A DNA stretch of 64,000 nucleotides from Patescibacteria group bacterium (GCA_038062675.1 JBBTWP010000003.1:129378-193377), one strand, 5' to 3'; positions 1-9,400 are shown, numbered from the stretch's first letter. Program-made: numbers and translations. Notes: generated by a model from the sequence alone, not told the origin.

Positions 1-435
1 TCCTATCGCACCCAAAAGTCCGTTTGCCGGCGTCGTCGCTCCAACACCGGCAAACGCAGGAGGGGATCCATATCGGGAGCCGATTGAATAACAGTCGCTC
101 GACACGCTCCTTTTTTTAGGGCGCCACGCCTTCTCCTGCGGAAGGCTCGCTAATCCTCGGCGCTTTTCGTGCAGATTACTGCACGAACCAAGCAAAGCGC
201 CTGCGGACCCTGAAAAAAGGAGGTGTCTCGCTCTAAGTGCATACAAACTAGTTTGGGATGAAGGTTTTTGGAGCCTTGCGCAGCCTGACGAGGCGAGCGG
301 AGCAATTCGCCAGCAGGCGAATATGCGTGCCACAAAAACCTTCATCTCAAATGAGTTCTGTTTTTAAACTTCAGTCGTACCCTTAAAACGACACAGCGAG
401 CAAAGAGTTCCGCAGTTTGGTCGCGCTTAACGGAC
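1..435. other. GC-rich non-coding leader region with several hairpins, including a 15-bp inverted repeat (256-270 / 333-347) enclosing about 60 nt. Candidate structured RNA or regulatory region.
   Basis: No convincing ORF (the 150..335 minus ORF has no supporting motifs). GC content is visibly above the local average. The arms gatgaaggtttttgg and ccaaaaaccttcatc are perfect reverse complements. Confidence 0.3.
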
Positions 436-461
436 TTGCGCGACACGATTCCGCAGAATCG
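419..461 (+). promoter_or_regulatory. Copy 1 of the conserved bipartite element: hairpin GGTCGCGC...GCGCGAC followed by palindrome CGATTCCGCAGAATCG (446-461). It sits upstream of a TATAAT (487-492) and the PrgI-like gene.
   Basis: The same architecture recurs at 33832-33876 and 44776-44820. A -10 TATAAT lies 25 nt downstream, followed by an ATG at 499. Confidence 0.55.
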
Positions 462-498
462 AGTTTTTTATTCTCTGCGCATGCGGTATAATAATTGT

Positions 499-927
499 AT
501 GCAGTTTCACATCCCTCAACATCTTGAGATCGAAGATAAAATTTTTGGTCCGCTTACCATAAAGCAAGCGATTTACAGTGCTGGTGGGGCAGGGGGAGCA
601 TTTCTCATTTACAAAATCGTTCCTTCTGTTTTTTTTGCAGCTCCACTCATAGTCCTACTCGGCGCACTGACATGGGCGCTCGCATTCTATCCGGAGGAAA
701 AGCTCGGTAAACCATTTATCGAAATCCTTGAATCCGCAGTAAAATATTTTTTTGGCGAAAAACTTTACACGTGGAAAAAAACAAAAAAAGATGTTGCTCT
801 CGGAGAAGAGCAGGAGTTCATTTCAGCAAAAGGCCCTTCTGTTCCCATGGTTTCAAAAGGGGGACTTGCCTCCAAGTCATTTGACCTCGATGTAATCAAA
901 ACGGGGGAGAAACAAGAAAAATTATAA
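499..927 (+). CDS. PrgI-family small membrane protein (T4SS component; VirB3 functional analogue). The start is probably at 499 rather than the track's 436.
   Basis: The KIFGPLTIKQ motif is typical of the PrgI family, and two hydrophobic helices follow. The track ORF 436..927 would begin inside the upstream palindromic element. TATAAT-N6-ATG at 487-501 suggests a leaderless start. Confidence 0.5.
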   Translation: MQFHIPQHLEIEDKIFGPLTIKQAIYSAGGAGGAFLIYKIVPSVFFAAPLIVLLGALTWALAFYPEEKLGKPFIEILESAVKYFFGEKLYTWKKTKKDVALGEEQEFISAKGPSVPMVSKGGLASKSFDLDVIKTGEKQEKL

Positions 928-934
928 TAATCAT

Positions 935-1588
935 ATGGCAGTCAAATCAACCGCAGCTCAAAATTTTGTTCCCATCAAAGAAATTCGTGATGGTGTGATT
1001 ATTTTGAAAGATGGTACCTTGCGCACAATCCTCATGGCATCATCAGTAAATATTGCACTCAAATCCGAAGACGAACAATCGGCAATTCTTATGCAATTTC
1101 AAAACTTTTTAAACTCCCTTGAATTTTCAACACAAATTTTTATCCAGTCGCGACGTCTCGATATTCATCCCTACCTCATGCTCCTCGAGGAACGCCTTCG
1201 TGAAGAAGTGAACGACCTTTTGAAAATTCAAATTCGTGAGTACATGAACTTCATAAAAACGGTTGCCAAATCAACCAACATTATGAACAAACTATTCTTA
1301 ATTGTGGTACCGTACGCTCCTCCAAAATCAGTTACGGCGTCGGATGAGAAGAAAGGTTTTTTTGGTTCAGTGACAAAGAAAACATCAAATCCAGTACTTT
1401 CAAAGGGAGCGATGGATGCATTTGAGGAAGCCCGCTCCCAGCTCGAGCAGCGCGCAGGCGTTATCAGCCAAGGACTTTCCCGAACAGGGGTTCGCGTAGT
1501 CGGCCTCGGCACAGAAGAACTTACCGAGCTCTACTACCGCCTCTTTAACCCAGGCGAAGCAGAGAAGCAAACGTCCAAACAACAATAA
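935..1588 (+). CDS. VirB4/TraC-family N-terminal domain, encoded as a separate ORF. Either a naturally split VirB4 or a frameshifted one.
   Basis: The pattern I recognise as the VirB4 N-terminal domain is present (FVPIKEIRDGVIILKDGTLRTILMASSVNIALKSEDEQ...). The ORF ends 12 nt before the ATG of the ATPase ORF. The two ORFs total about 825 aa, the size of a full VirB4. Confidence 0.5.
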   Translation: MAVKSTAAQNFVPIKEIRDGVIILKDGTLRTILMASSVNIALKSEDEQSAILMQFQNFLNSLEFSTQIFIQSRRLDIHPYLMLLEERLREEVNDLLKIQIREYMNFIKTVAKSTNIMNKLFLIVVPYAPPKSVTASDEKKGFFGSVTKKTSNPVLSKGAMDAFEEARSQLEQRAGVISQGLSRTGVRVVGLGTEELTELYYRLFNPGEAEKQTSKQQ

Positions 1589-1599
1589 TCACCATCACC

Positions 1600-3426
1600 A
1601 TGTTTGATTTTTTATCAAAAAAGAATACCGCACCTGAAACAAAGAACACAGTTCCTGTACTCCCGCAGGAGCTCTACAGCGACACAAGCCTGAGCCTCAC
1701 TGATGTCATAGCTCCTTCCGCAGTCAAAATAAACCCAAAAGATATCAACTTGGGGGAGAAGATCGTGCGCACCTTTTTTGTAACATCATACCCAAGCGTG
1801 GTGACCGACAATTGGCTCTCACCGCTCATCAATCTCGACAAAGTCTTTGATATTTCAATCTATATCCACCCTGTCGACACCGCGGGTATCATGAAGAAAT
1901 TTGAGCGCAAGGTTGCTGAAGTACAAAGTCAAATCAACATGCGCGAACAAAAAGGATTCGTTCGCGACCCCATGCTCGAAGCGGCACATCGCGACTTGGA
2001 AGACCTCCGCGACCGACTCCAACAAGCACAGGAAAAAATGTTTGATGTGGGACTTTACCTTTCACTCTACGCCGACACCGAAGAAGAGCTCATGGGCGTT
2101 GAAGCTGAAATCAAATCCATGCTCGAGTCGCGCTTGATCTACCTCCGCCCTGCACTCTTTCAGCAAGGGGAGGCGTTCTTAAGCGTTCTTCCGGTAAACG
2201 ATGACAAAATTGCTGTTACCCGAAAAATCAATTCCGAACCACTCTCAAGCTTCTTCCCGTTTGTGTCTTTCGACCTCACCTCAGACCACGGCATTCTCTA
2301 CGGTATCAACCGCCACAACTCATCCCTTGTTCTTTTTGACCGATTCTCGCTCGAAAACTACAATTCCATCACGTTTGCAAAGTCAGGTTCGGGTAAATCC
2401 TACGCCACTAAACTCGAAATTTTGCGCAGTCTTATGTTCGACGTGGATGTTATTGTTATCGATCCCGAACGCGAGTACGAATCCATGGCGGAAGCTGTTG
2501 GTGGGCGTTATTTCAATATTTCCCTCAACTCCGAACACCATATCAATCCTTTTGATTTACCTGTCCCAAGAGAAGGGGAGTCGCCAGCAGACGTACTTCG
2601 CTCCAATGTTATTGCCTTGGTGGGACTTTTTCGTCTCATGTTGGGTGGGCTCACCGCCGAAGAAGACGCGATTGTCGACCGTGCAATCTCAGAAACCTAC
2701 GCGCTCAAGGACATTACCCCTGATTCAGACTTCTCAACCCTTCAACCACCACTTCTTTCAGACTTTGAAATGATTCTTTCAGGAATGCAGGGAGCAGAAA
2801 GTATCGTTCAGAAACTTTCAAAATACACCCGCGGATCATGGTCCGGGTTCTTGAACCAACCCTCAAATGTGGACATTAACCGCAAATTCATTGTCTTTTC
2901 CGTGCGCGACATGGAGGACGACCTGAAGCCGGTCGCGATGTACATCGTGACGCATTTTATCTGGAATGCCATCCGTCGTACCCTCCGCAAACGCCTTTTG
3001 GTTGTGGATGAAGCGTGGTGGATGATGAAGTCTGACGACACCGCCGCATTCCTTTACGCGCTTGCAAAGCGTGGGCGTAAATATTATCTTGGTATCGCGA
3101 CCATCACTCAAGATGTGAATGACTTTTTGAAATCTCCCTACGGTTTGCCCATTATGACCAACTCGTCTATCCAAATTCTTCTCAAGCAATCACCAACATC
3201 TATTGAATCCATTCAAAAAGCCTTCAATCTCACCAATGAAGAAAAATTCCTCTTGCTTGAGTCGGGCGTAGGGGAGGGGATATTCTTTGCCGGCATGAAA
3301 CACGTCGCCATCAAAACGATTGCATCCTACACCGAAGACCAAATCATCACCTCTGACCCTTCTCAAATCCTTGCCATCAAAAAAGCAAAGCAAGAGCTCG
3401 CTTTGGCTGAGGAAGCCAGTCGGTAA
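1600..3426 (+). CDS. virB4: VirB4/TrbE/CagE-like T4SS ATPase (C-terminal ATPase part).
   Basis: Walker A FAKSGSGKSYATK is present. A DExx-like VVDEAWWMM box is present. Overall length and layout fit conjugative ATPases. Confidence 0.8.
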   Translation: MFDFLSKKNTAPETKNTVPVLPQELYSDTSLSLTDVIAPSAVKINPKDINLGEKIVRTFFVTSYPSVVTDNWLSPLINLDKVFDISIYIHPVDTAGIMKKFERKVAEVQSQINMREQKGFVRDPMLEAAHRDLEDLRDRLQQAQEKMFDVGLYLSLYADTEEELMGVEAEIKSMLESRLIYLRPALFQQGEAFLSVLPVNDDKIAVTRKINSEPLSSFFPFVSFDLTSDHGILYGINRHNSSLVLFDRFSLENYNSITFAKSGSGKSYATKLEILRSLMFDVDVIVIDPEREYESMAEAVGGRYFNISLNSEHHINPFDLPVPREGESPADVLRSNVIALVGLFRLMLGGLTAEEDAIVDRAISETYALKDITPDSDFSTLQPPLLSDFEMILSGMQGAESIVQKLSKYTRGSWSGFLNQPSNVDINRKFIVFSVRDMEDDLKPVAMYIVTHFIWNAIRRTLRKRLLVVDEAWWMMKSDDTAAFLYALAKRGRKYYLGIATITQDVNDFLKSPYGLPIMTNSSIQILLKQSPTSIESIQKAFNLTNEEKFLLLESGVGEGIFFAGMKHVAIKTIASYTEDQIITSDPSQILAIKKAKQELALAEEASR

Positions 3427-3504
3427 TTTCTTTTCTCTTTATGTTCCACAGGGTGTGGATATAACTGGATAGCATCTATTCTTATTTCGCGGTATACTAT
3501 TTTT

Positions 3505-4635
3505 ATGCATCGCATGCGTTTTTTCTCACAAGGCGTTATATTGGGGACACTCTTTGCGCTCCCTGTTTTTATATTTGCACAGACGACCACTGGAACATCT
3601 ACTGCAGAAAAAACTGCCCTTCAAGAACAACTTGACACTCTTGTTCAAAGTCGTATCAATCAACTTTCCAGTCCGGCACAAATTCGCATAAATGCCATCC
3701 GCGACTATCTCGAAATTACCACGAGCCCAAAATACCCAAAACCAAATGAGTTGGTGCGTATTACAATAGAAAGTTATCTTACCGACCTCAACAAAGCAAC
3801 GCTTGCTTGGTCAGTAAATGGCGACGTAGTCACACAGGGTATTGGGAAAAAAACTTTCTCCTTTAACAACGGTGCATCAGGAAAAACGACACGCGTCAGT
3901 GTTTTGATACGCACCAACGGGGGAGAAGTGGTTGTTAAGGAATTTTCCTTTAGCCCTATTGGTGTCACCATTCTTTGGGAAGCAGACACCTACACACCGC
4001 CATTCTATAAGGGCAAACCTCTTGCATCCGCACAATCAAGCATCCGCGCCGTCGCCATCCCTGACACCGGCAATGCAAAAAATATTTTAGGCGCGGGAAA
4101 TCTGGTATATGTATGGAAAAAGAACGGTAACAACGTTTCCGAAGCATCAGGCTATGCAAAAAATTCATTCACATTCACAGCACCAAAACCTTACGACGAA
4201 GCAAGTGTCGGGGTTCAGGTTTCTCCAATCGATAGCAATACTGTAAAATCGGAAACACGCGTAAATGTCCCGCTCTCCAATCCTTTTGTTATGTTTTACG
4301 AAAAACACCCCCTCGAAGGCGTGCGCTACGACCGCCCATTAGGAACAAAATTCGCTCTTTCAGGGAAAGAGGTCACCTTGCGCGCAGAACCTTATTTCTT
4401 TTCAAATGAATCCGGCAACAAATCAACCCTGTCCTACCAATGGTCACTCAATGGAAAAAAGACCAGCAATCAAGGACGCACCATTACCCTCAAGAACGAC
4501 AAGGGGGTAAAAGGGGACTCAACCATCAGTATTGCAATTCACGGAATCACACAAACATTCCAATCAGGAAGCAAATCAATCATGCTTCATTTTGGAGAGA
4601 ATACTGACAGTGATATTGAACGACCCATTTTTTAA
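3505..4635 (+). CDS. Secreted protein with a signal peptide, beta-rich, unknown function. Part of the T4SS-like operon.
   Basis: N-terminal signal peptide MHRMRFFSQGVILGTLFALPVFIFAQ. The gene is tightly packed with its neighbours. Confidence 0.5.
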   Translation: MHRMRFFSQGVILGTLFALPVFIFAQTTTGTSTAEKTALQEQLDTLVQSRINQLSSPAQIRINAIRDYLEITTSPKYPKPNELVRITIESYLTDLNKATLAWSVNGDVVTQGIGKKTFSFNNGASGKTTRVSVLIRTNGGEVVVKEFSFSPIGVTILWEADTYTPPFYKGKPLASAQSSIRAVAIPDTGNAKNILGAGNLVYVWKKNGNNVSEASGYAKNSFTFTAPKPYDEASVGVQVSPIDSNTVKSETRVNVPLSNPFVMFYEKHPLEGVRYDRPLGTKFALSGKEVTLRAEPYFFSNESGNKSTLSYQWSLNGKKTSNQGRTITLKNDKGVKGDSTISIAIHGITQTFQSGSKSIMLHFGENTDSDIERPIF

Positions 4636-4647
4636 CACACTATTTTT

Positions 4648-5556
4648 ATGAAATATCTTGCACCAATTCTCGCCGGCACAACTCTCGCACTTTTGGGAGG
4701 GGTGCTCTCTGTGGGTGCGGCGGAAACAATAGGGGAGTACACGCCCTTGGCGCCGCTTCCCGGAACGCTCATCGATGGGACAACGGCAACCAATCTCCCC
4801 ACCTATCTCGCCGGCATGATGAAACTTCTCATTGCCGTTGCGGGATCCCTTGCGTTCCTTATGATGGTCATCGGTGGCACGGAGTATGTTGCGGCAGGCA
4901 TCACTCCCGACGCAAAAGGTCACGCGAAAGAAAAAATCACCAACGCCATCATTGGACTCATCCTCACGCTCGTATCCTATCTCATTCTTCTCTCTATAAA
5001 CCCGCGACTGGTGGAATTTAACCTCGAACTACCGGCAATAGTGCCGAAATCGGAGGCAATTCTTGAAAACAACGTCTCAGGTAGTCCTGCCGGTCCGGGG
5101 GGTTTGGGTGATTCTGCAATACGATTGAGAATCATTAGTGGTGGGAATGACAAGATAACATTTAATCGCGACAATGTTGAGTGCGCAGAAATTGGCCAAA
5201 AAAATTGCACGACAGTATATGGCTTGGGTGAACAAGCAATCAAGGGGGTGATAAATCTCGCCGCCTACTGCACAGGGTGCAAAATAGTTATCACGGGAGG
5301 AACAGAGTACTGGAACCACAGCGAGGGGACAGCTCACAAACCAGGAGGAAACGTTCTAGATCTCTCAAAAAATGACACTGCGCTCAACACCCACATCACC
5401 AAAAATGGTCTTGCGACAAACCAAACAGGGTGTGCAAAGGGGAAACATTATGAAGTTACTGATCAGGCTACAGGAGACAAAATTGTTTATGTAGATGAAG
5501 AAACGGCAGGAACAAACAACGCCCCACATTGGCATGTATGCTTTAGTAGACAATAA
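4648..5556 (+). CDS. VirB2/TrbC-like pilin (signal peptide plus two TM helices) fused to a C-terminal Cys-rich, zinc DD-peptidase (M15/VanY, Hedgehog/DD-peptidase fold)-like domain.
   Basis: The N-terminus has the pilin layout: signal peptide, then the helices MMKLLIAVAGSLAFLMMVIGG and ITNAIIGLILTLVSYLILLSI. The C-terminus has ITGGTEYWNHSEGTAHKPGGNVLD and APHWHV. These resemble the SxHxxGxAxD and WH zinc-ligand motifs of M15 peptidases. Confidence 0.55.
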   Translation: MKYLAPILAGTTLALLGGVLSVGAAETIGEYTPLAPLPGTLIDGTTATNLPTYLAGMMKLLIAVAGSLAFLMMVIGGTEYVAAGITPDAKGHAKEKITNAIIGLILTLVSYLILLSINPRLVEFNLELPAIVPKSEAILENNVSGSPAGPGGLGDSAIRLRIISGGNDKITFNRDNVECAEIGQKNCTTVYGLGEQAIKGVINLAAYCTGCKIVITGGTEYWNHSEGTAHKPGGNVLDLSKNDTALNTHITKNGLATNQTGCAKGKHYEVTDQATGDKIVYVDEETAGTNNAPHWHVCFSRQ

Positions 5557-5563
5557 TTAATAT

Positions 5564-6862
5564 ATGGACCGTAAAAAAATTCTCATCATCGCCACCGTCA
5601 TCATCCTTGTCCTTGGGGGAGGAATTGGCGCGTATTACTATTTTTTAAAAAAACCCGTAACTCTCCCACCATCAGGCAACCCATTTCCGGGGGGAGGAAA
5701 CCTTGTTACCAAACCACCCCTCCCACCAGACAACAATCCTGACGATGGCGTCTTCCCCCCTTCAAATGCCAGCACGTCACGCCTCTACGAACTCCACAAA
5801 ACCCCCGTTGCTGGCGTCGGCTTTGCAGAACAAGTGAACGGCAAGAAGAAAACATTTTTTGCACGTTCGCTTGAGCGCGGGTTGGGCCACATATTTGAAA
5901 CAAACTTGGAGACATTGGTTGAATCTCGCATCTCGGGAGAAACATATCCGGGTATTACAGAGGCATTTTTCGGCAACAACGGAAAAAGTGTTATCATCCG
6001 TTCTCTCTCAGAACAAGAAGGGATTGCCATCAAAACTCGTTCGCTTGGACTTACTGCACCTACTATTTCTTTTGCACCAGCAAACAGCGACACAGGAGAA
6101 GCCAACATACCCCCACCAACAGAGACAAACCTTCCTGACTATATCCCACACCTAGGAGTAGCGGAAGACGGCGCCGACAAGATATTTTACATGGAAAACT
6201 CCTTTAGTAGCGCCCGTGGCTCAACTTCAAACTTCAAAGGCACGGCCATCTCGACTATTTTTAATTCATCATTCACTGAATGGTTGCCGCAACTACCCAA
6301 CCAAAAACTTGCGACCCTCACCACCAAGCCATCAAGCAATGTTCCGGGGCACCTTTACTTCATCGACACACAGAGCTCCGCACTCACCAAAATCCTTGGT
6401 GACGTAAAAGGGCTTACAACCACAACAAGTCGTGATGGAAAATTTGTACTCTACACAGAGGTCAAAGCAGGGGTTCCCAACCTTATTGCCTACGATGTTG
6501 CAAAAAAAGAATCTCGTCCACTTTCGCTCAACACACTTGCTGAAAAATGCGGATGGAGCACAAAAGATCCCGTCATCGCTTATTGCGCCATCCCTGAAAA
6601 CCCACCTCGTGGACAGTATCCTGATCAATGGTACCAAGGTGTAATTTCATTTTCTGACAGTATGTGGAAAATCAATGCAAAAACTGGCTTTGCAGAAAAA
6701 ATCTTCACCCCAGAAAAATACCGTGGTGGAATAATGGATATTATAAATCCTATTGTCTCTTCGGATGAAGCGTACTTAGTATTCATCAACAAGAAAACGA
6801 GCACCCCATGGCTCTTTATGCTCAATGAAAAGCCTCAAATCATCGTTCCCTCAACACAATAA
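5564..6862 (+). CDS. Membrane-anchored protein: N-terminal TM, proline-rich linker, beta-rich periplasmic domain. Unknown function; T4SS operon member.
   Basis: TM helix ILIIATVIILVLGGGIGAYYYFL followed by a Pro-rich stretch. No catalytic motifs recognised. Confidence 0.45.
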   Translation: MDRKKILIIATVIILVLGGGIGAYYYFLKKPVTLPPSGNPFPGGGNLVTKPPLPPDNNPDDGVFPPSNASTSRLYELHKTPVAGVGFAEQVNGKKKTFFARSLERGLGHIFETNLETLVESRISGETYPGITEAFFGNNGKSVIIRSLSEQEGIAIKTRSLGLTAPTISFAPANSDTGEANIPPPTETNLPDYIPHLGVAEDGADKIFYMENSFSSARGSTSNFKGTAISTIFNSSFTEWLPQLPNQKLATLTTKPSSNVPGHLYFIDTQSSALTKILGDVKGLTTTTSRDGKFVLYTEVKAGVPNLIAYDVAKKESRPLSLNTLAEKCGWSTKDPVIAYCAIPENPPRGQYPDQWYQGVISFSDSMWKINAKTGFAEKIFTPEKYRGGIMDIINPIVSSDEAYLVFINKKTSTPWLFMLNEKPQIIVPSTQ

Positions 6863-6955
6863 AAGAGTGGGATGAAGCATTGTGGATATGTGGTGCTTTA
6901 ACAAGCGGAAGGTGGCGCGGCAAAAAATTCATTTTAATTAACATCAGTAAACCTT

Positions 6956-8266
6956 ATGGTAAACCAAGAATTACTTACTTTCATCAAACAAGAGCTCGCG
7001 AGGGGAATAACCGAGAGCGACCTCAAAGCATCCCTCAGCACCGCAGGTTGGCCAGAAGCCGACATCTCTGAAGCATTTTCTCTTGCCACAGGAGGGACCT
7101 CAATGCCAGAACTGGGGCAACCAGCCATGCCTGTCTCCACAGTCCTTCTTGGCGCCCCAGCGCTTCTTGGTAAAGCATGGACGCTCTACAAACAGCGCTG
7201 GACGACCTTTTTGACCATCATGATTGCACCTGCTCTGCTATCGATTTTGGTTGAAGTAGGGTCTAGTTCAGTAAAAAACATGGGGGCCTCTTTAAATCCT
7301 TTCATTTTCTTTGGCGTTGCTCTTGTAATGTTGCTTGCTCTTGTAATAATCAACATCTGGTCAAGCGTTGCTCTCTTGCATGCCATCAAGGGAACTTCTG
7401 AGCACCTGAGCGTCACTGCCTCATACGGCAGAGGAGCGCGTCACATTCTTGCTTTTGTGTGGATTTCAATACTTACCACGCTCATTGTGATGGGTGGTTT
7501 TATGCTCCTCATTATCCCGGGAATTATTTTCGCTATTTGGTTCATGTTCGCAACAATGGTGGTTGTGGACGATAACACAAAAGGAATGAACGCGCTCCTC
7601 AAGAGCAGAGAGTACGTTCGTGGCAGGTGGTGGGGGACATGGTGGCGCATGTTTTTTGTGGGGTTAATTTTTATCCCTATTTTCATAGTACTGTTTATCC
7701 TCTCATACCTCCTGACGTTTAAATTTCTACTTCCGGTCGCCGGAGATATTCTCTCGACAATCTCGACCCTATTCCTGACACCCATCATGATGACCTATAT
7801 GTTTGTGCTCTATGAAAACCTCAAAGCAACCCGTGGCTCGTTTGCGTTCGCACCCACAACAGGAAAGAAAGCGCCTTTTATCATTTTGGCGATTTTAGTG
7901 CCCATTTTAATTATTGCATTTATAATCTTTTTAACTTATCTACAAGCAGACACTGCAAAAGACAAAGGGAGAGATCCTGCCATAAAATCAATTATTTCAA
8001 ACATCAAACCAGCTGCAGAGGTTTATTTCGACTCTCACAACAACTATGAAGGATTTTGCAAAAATAACCAACAAGTAAGGGAATCTATTGATACCATTGA
8101 TAAAATAGAAAAAATGGGCACAATATGCAATGCTAACATAACCCAGTATGCGATATCGGCACGCCTCTCGTCGGGAAAATACTTCTGTGTCGACAGCAGC
8201 CAAAACCCCGCAACCCTAACCTCCCGCGGCCTCAAACCCACGGAAACACAGTGCCCTACAGAATAG
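6956..8266 (+). CDS. Polytopic membrane protein (VirB6-like candidate) with a C-terminal type IV pilin-like globular domain.
   Basis: Multiple TM helices. The C-terminus (TAKDKGRDPAIKSIISNIKPAAEVYFDSHNNYEGFC...C) resembles the pilin head region (pattern RDAKR...LELYYxxNNxYxG..C). It is a paralogue of 25480..26262. Confidence 0.5.
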   Translation: MVNQELLTFIKQELARGITESDLKASLSTAGWPEADISEAFSLATGGTSMPELGQPAMPVSTVLLGAPALLGKAWTLYKQRWTTFLTIMIAPALLSILVEVGSSSVKNMGASLNPFIFFGVALVMLLALVIINIWSSVALLHAIKGTSEHLSVTASYGRGARHILAFVWISILTTLIVMGGFMLLIIPGIIFAIWFMFATMVVVDDNTKGMNALLKSREYVRGRWWGTWWRMFFVGLIFIPIFIVLFILSYLLTFKFLLPVAGDILSTISTLFLTPIMMTYMFVLYENLKATRGSFAFAPTTGKKAPFIILAILVPILIIAFIIFLTYLQADTAKDKGRDPAIKSIISNIKPAAEVYFDSHNNYEGFCKNNQQVRESIDTIDKIEKMGTICNANITQYAISARLSSGKYFCVDSSQNPATLTSRGLKPTETQCPTE

Positions 8267-8373
8267 CCAAAGCCGATTCGAACACCTAGCCAAAAACCCT
8301 CATTCGCGCTAGAATGCGGGGAGTGCTTGGCGCAAGCTTAACCAATTACCACATAACAACTTAGTATTTCTTC

Positions 8374-9105
8374 ATGATGGACTTTTTTTCAACCGTTTTT
8401 TACGAACCGCTCTATAATGCGTTGGTTTTTCTCATTTCTGTCGTTCCGGGCGCCAATGTAGGTTTCGCGATTATCCTTTTGACCCTCCTTGTCCGCACAA
8501 TATTGCTGCCCCTTTCCCACAAGTCGGTCGTTTCGCAGGCAAAAATGCGTGCGATTGCTCCCCATGTTGAAAAAGTGAAGGAAAAACACAAAGACAACAA
8601 ACAAGAACAAGCAAAAAAAATTATGGAGCTCTATAAAGAACACGGGGTCAACCCATTTTCAGGATGCCTCTTGCTCCTCATCCAACTCCCGATCATTTTT
8701 GCCCTCTATTTCGTATTCTTTAAGGGCTTACCAAATCTTGATGCTGATATTTTGTACTCATTTGTAAACCATCCGGGGACTATTAGTATGATGTTTTTGG
8801 GCATCTTGCTTTCAGGGAAGAGCATTTTGCTTGCAGCCATTGCGGCAATTAGCCAATATTACCAAATTAAGCTTTCTATTCCTGCCCTCGCAGCGCCAGA
8901 AGCAGGCGCAAAACCTTCATTCAAAGACGACTTCGCGCGTAGTTTCAACCTCCAAATGCGCTATATGCTTCCGCTTATCGTCTTTGGTGTCTCGTACACC
9001 ATCTCTGCGGCAATCGCGCTCTATTGGGCAACCAGCAACCTTTTCTCTATCGCTCACGAGCTTTATGTGAAGAGCAAGGCGGACAAGATAAAAGTTTTGT
9101 CGTAA
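8374..9105 (+). CDS. yidC: Membrane protein insertase YidC/Oxa1, short form.
   Basis: Conserved YidC core (LLPLSHKS..., EHGVNPFSGCLLLLIQLPIIFALYFVF). Located in the rpmH-rnpA-yidD neighbourhood. Confidence 0.85.
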   Translation: MMDFFSTVFYEPLYNALVFLISVVPGANVGFAIILLTLLVRTILLPLSHKSVVSQAKMRAIAPHVEKVKEKHKDNKQEQAKKIMELYKEHGVNPFSGCLLLLIQLPIIFALYFVFFKGLPNLDADILYSFVNHPGTISMMFLGILLSGKSILLAAIAAISQYYQIKLSIPALAAPEAGAKPSFKDDFARSFNLQMRYMLPLIVFGVSYTISAAIALYWATSNLFSIAHELYVKSKADKIKVLS

Positions 9106-9114
9106 CAATCCTCC

Positions 9115-9160
9115 TCAAGCCAAAAAACCTCAGGAAATTCCTGAGGTTTTTTGGCTTGAG
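9115..9160. terminator. Bidirectional intrinsic terminator between convergent yidC and yidD.
   Basis: Perfect long inverted repeat caagccaaaaaacctcagg / cctgaggttttttggcttg with A/T runs on both sides. Confidence 0.7.
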
Positions 9161-9163
9161 CAA

Positions 9164-9400
9164 CTACACCAATGGATCATCATGATTCTTCTGCCACGGA
9201 TGACACCGCAAAATGCGCCGTATGCCCAAAAATACCCCCTTCACGACACCATACTTCAACACCGCCTGCTTGGTATACTCTGAGCATGTTGGGTAGAATA
9301 CGCACGTTGTACCGCGTCTGAGGGTAAACATGCCGGTATCCGGCGAGAAAAGCTTTTGATAGCCGGTAATGACTGATGCGACTATGTTACGAAATATCAT
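9164..9400 (-). CDS. yidD: Membrane protein insertion efficiency factor YidD.
   Basis: VFYPTCSEY motif. Length about 78 aa. Overlaps the rnpA stop. Confidence 0.8.
   Translation of the reverse strand: MIFRNIVASVITGYQKLFSPDTGMFTLRRGTTCVFYPTCSEYTKQAVLKYGVVKGVFLGIRRILRCHPWQKNHDDPLV

Noticed and set aside
150-335. 61-aa minus-strand ORF in the GC-rich leader.
   Set aside because: It has no RBS or motifs. It lies across a long inverted repeat. More likely it is part of a structured non-coding region.
1228-3590. Several 60-110-aa ORFs antisense to virB4 (1228..1512, 1400..1585, 2808..3041, 2863..3189, 3190..3393, 3363..3590, all minus strand).
   Set aside because: They are fully embedded antisense in a well-supported ATPase gene. 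They are typical spurious ORFs.
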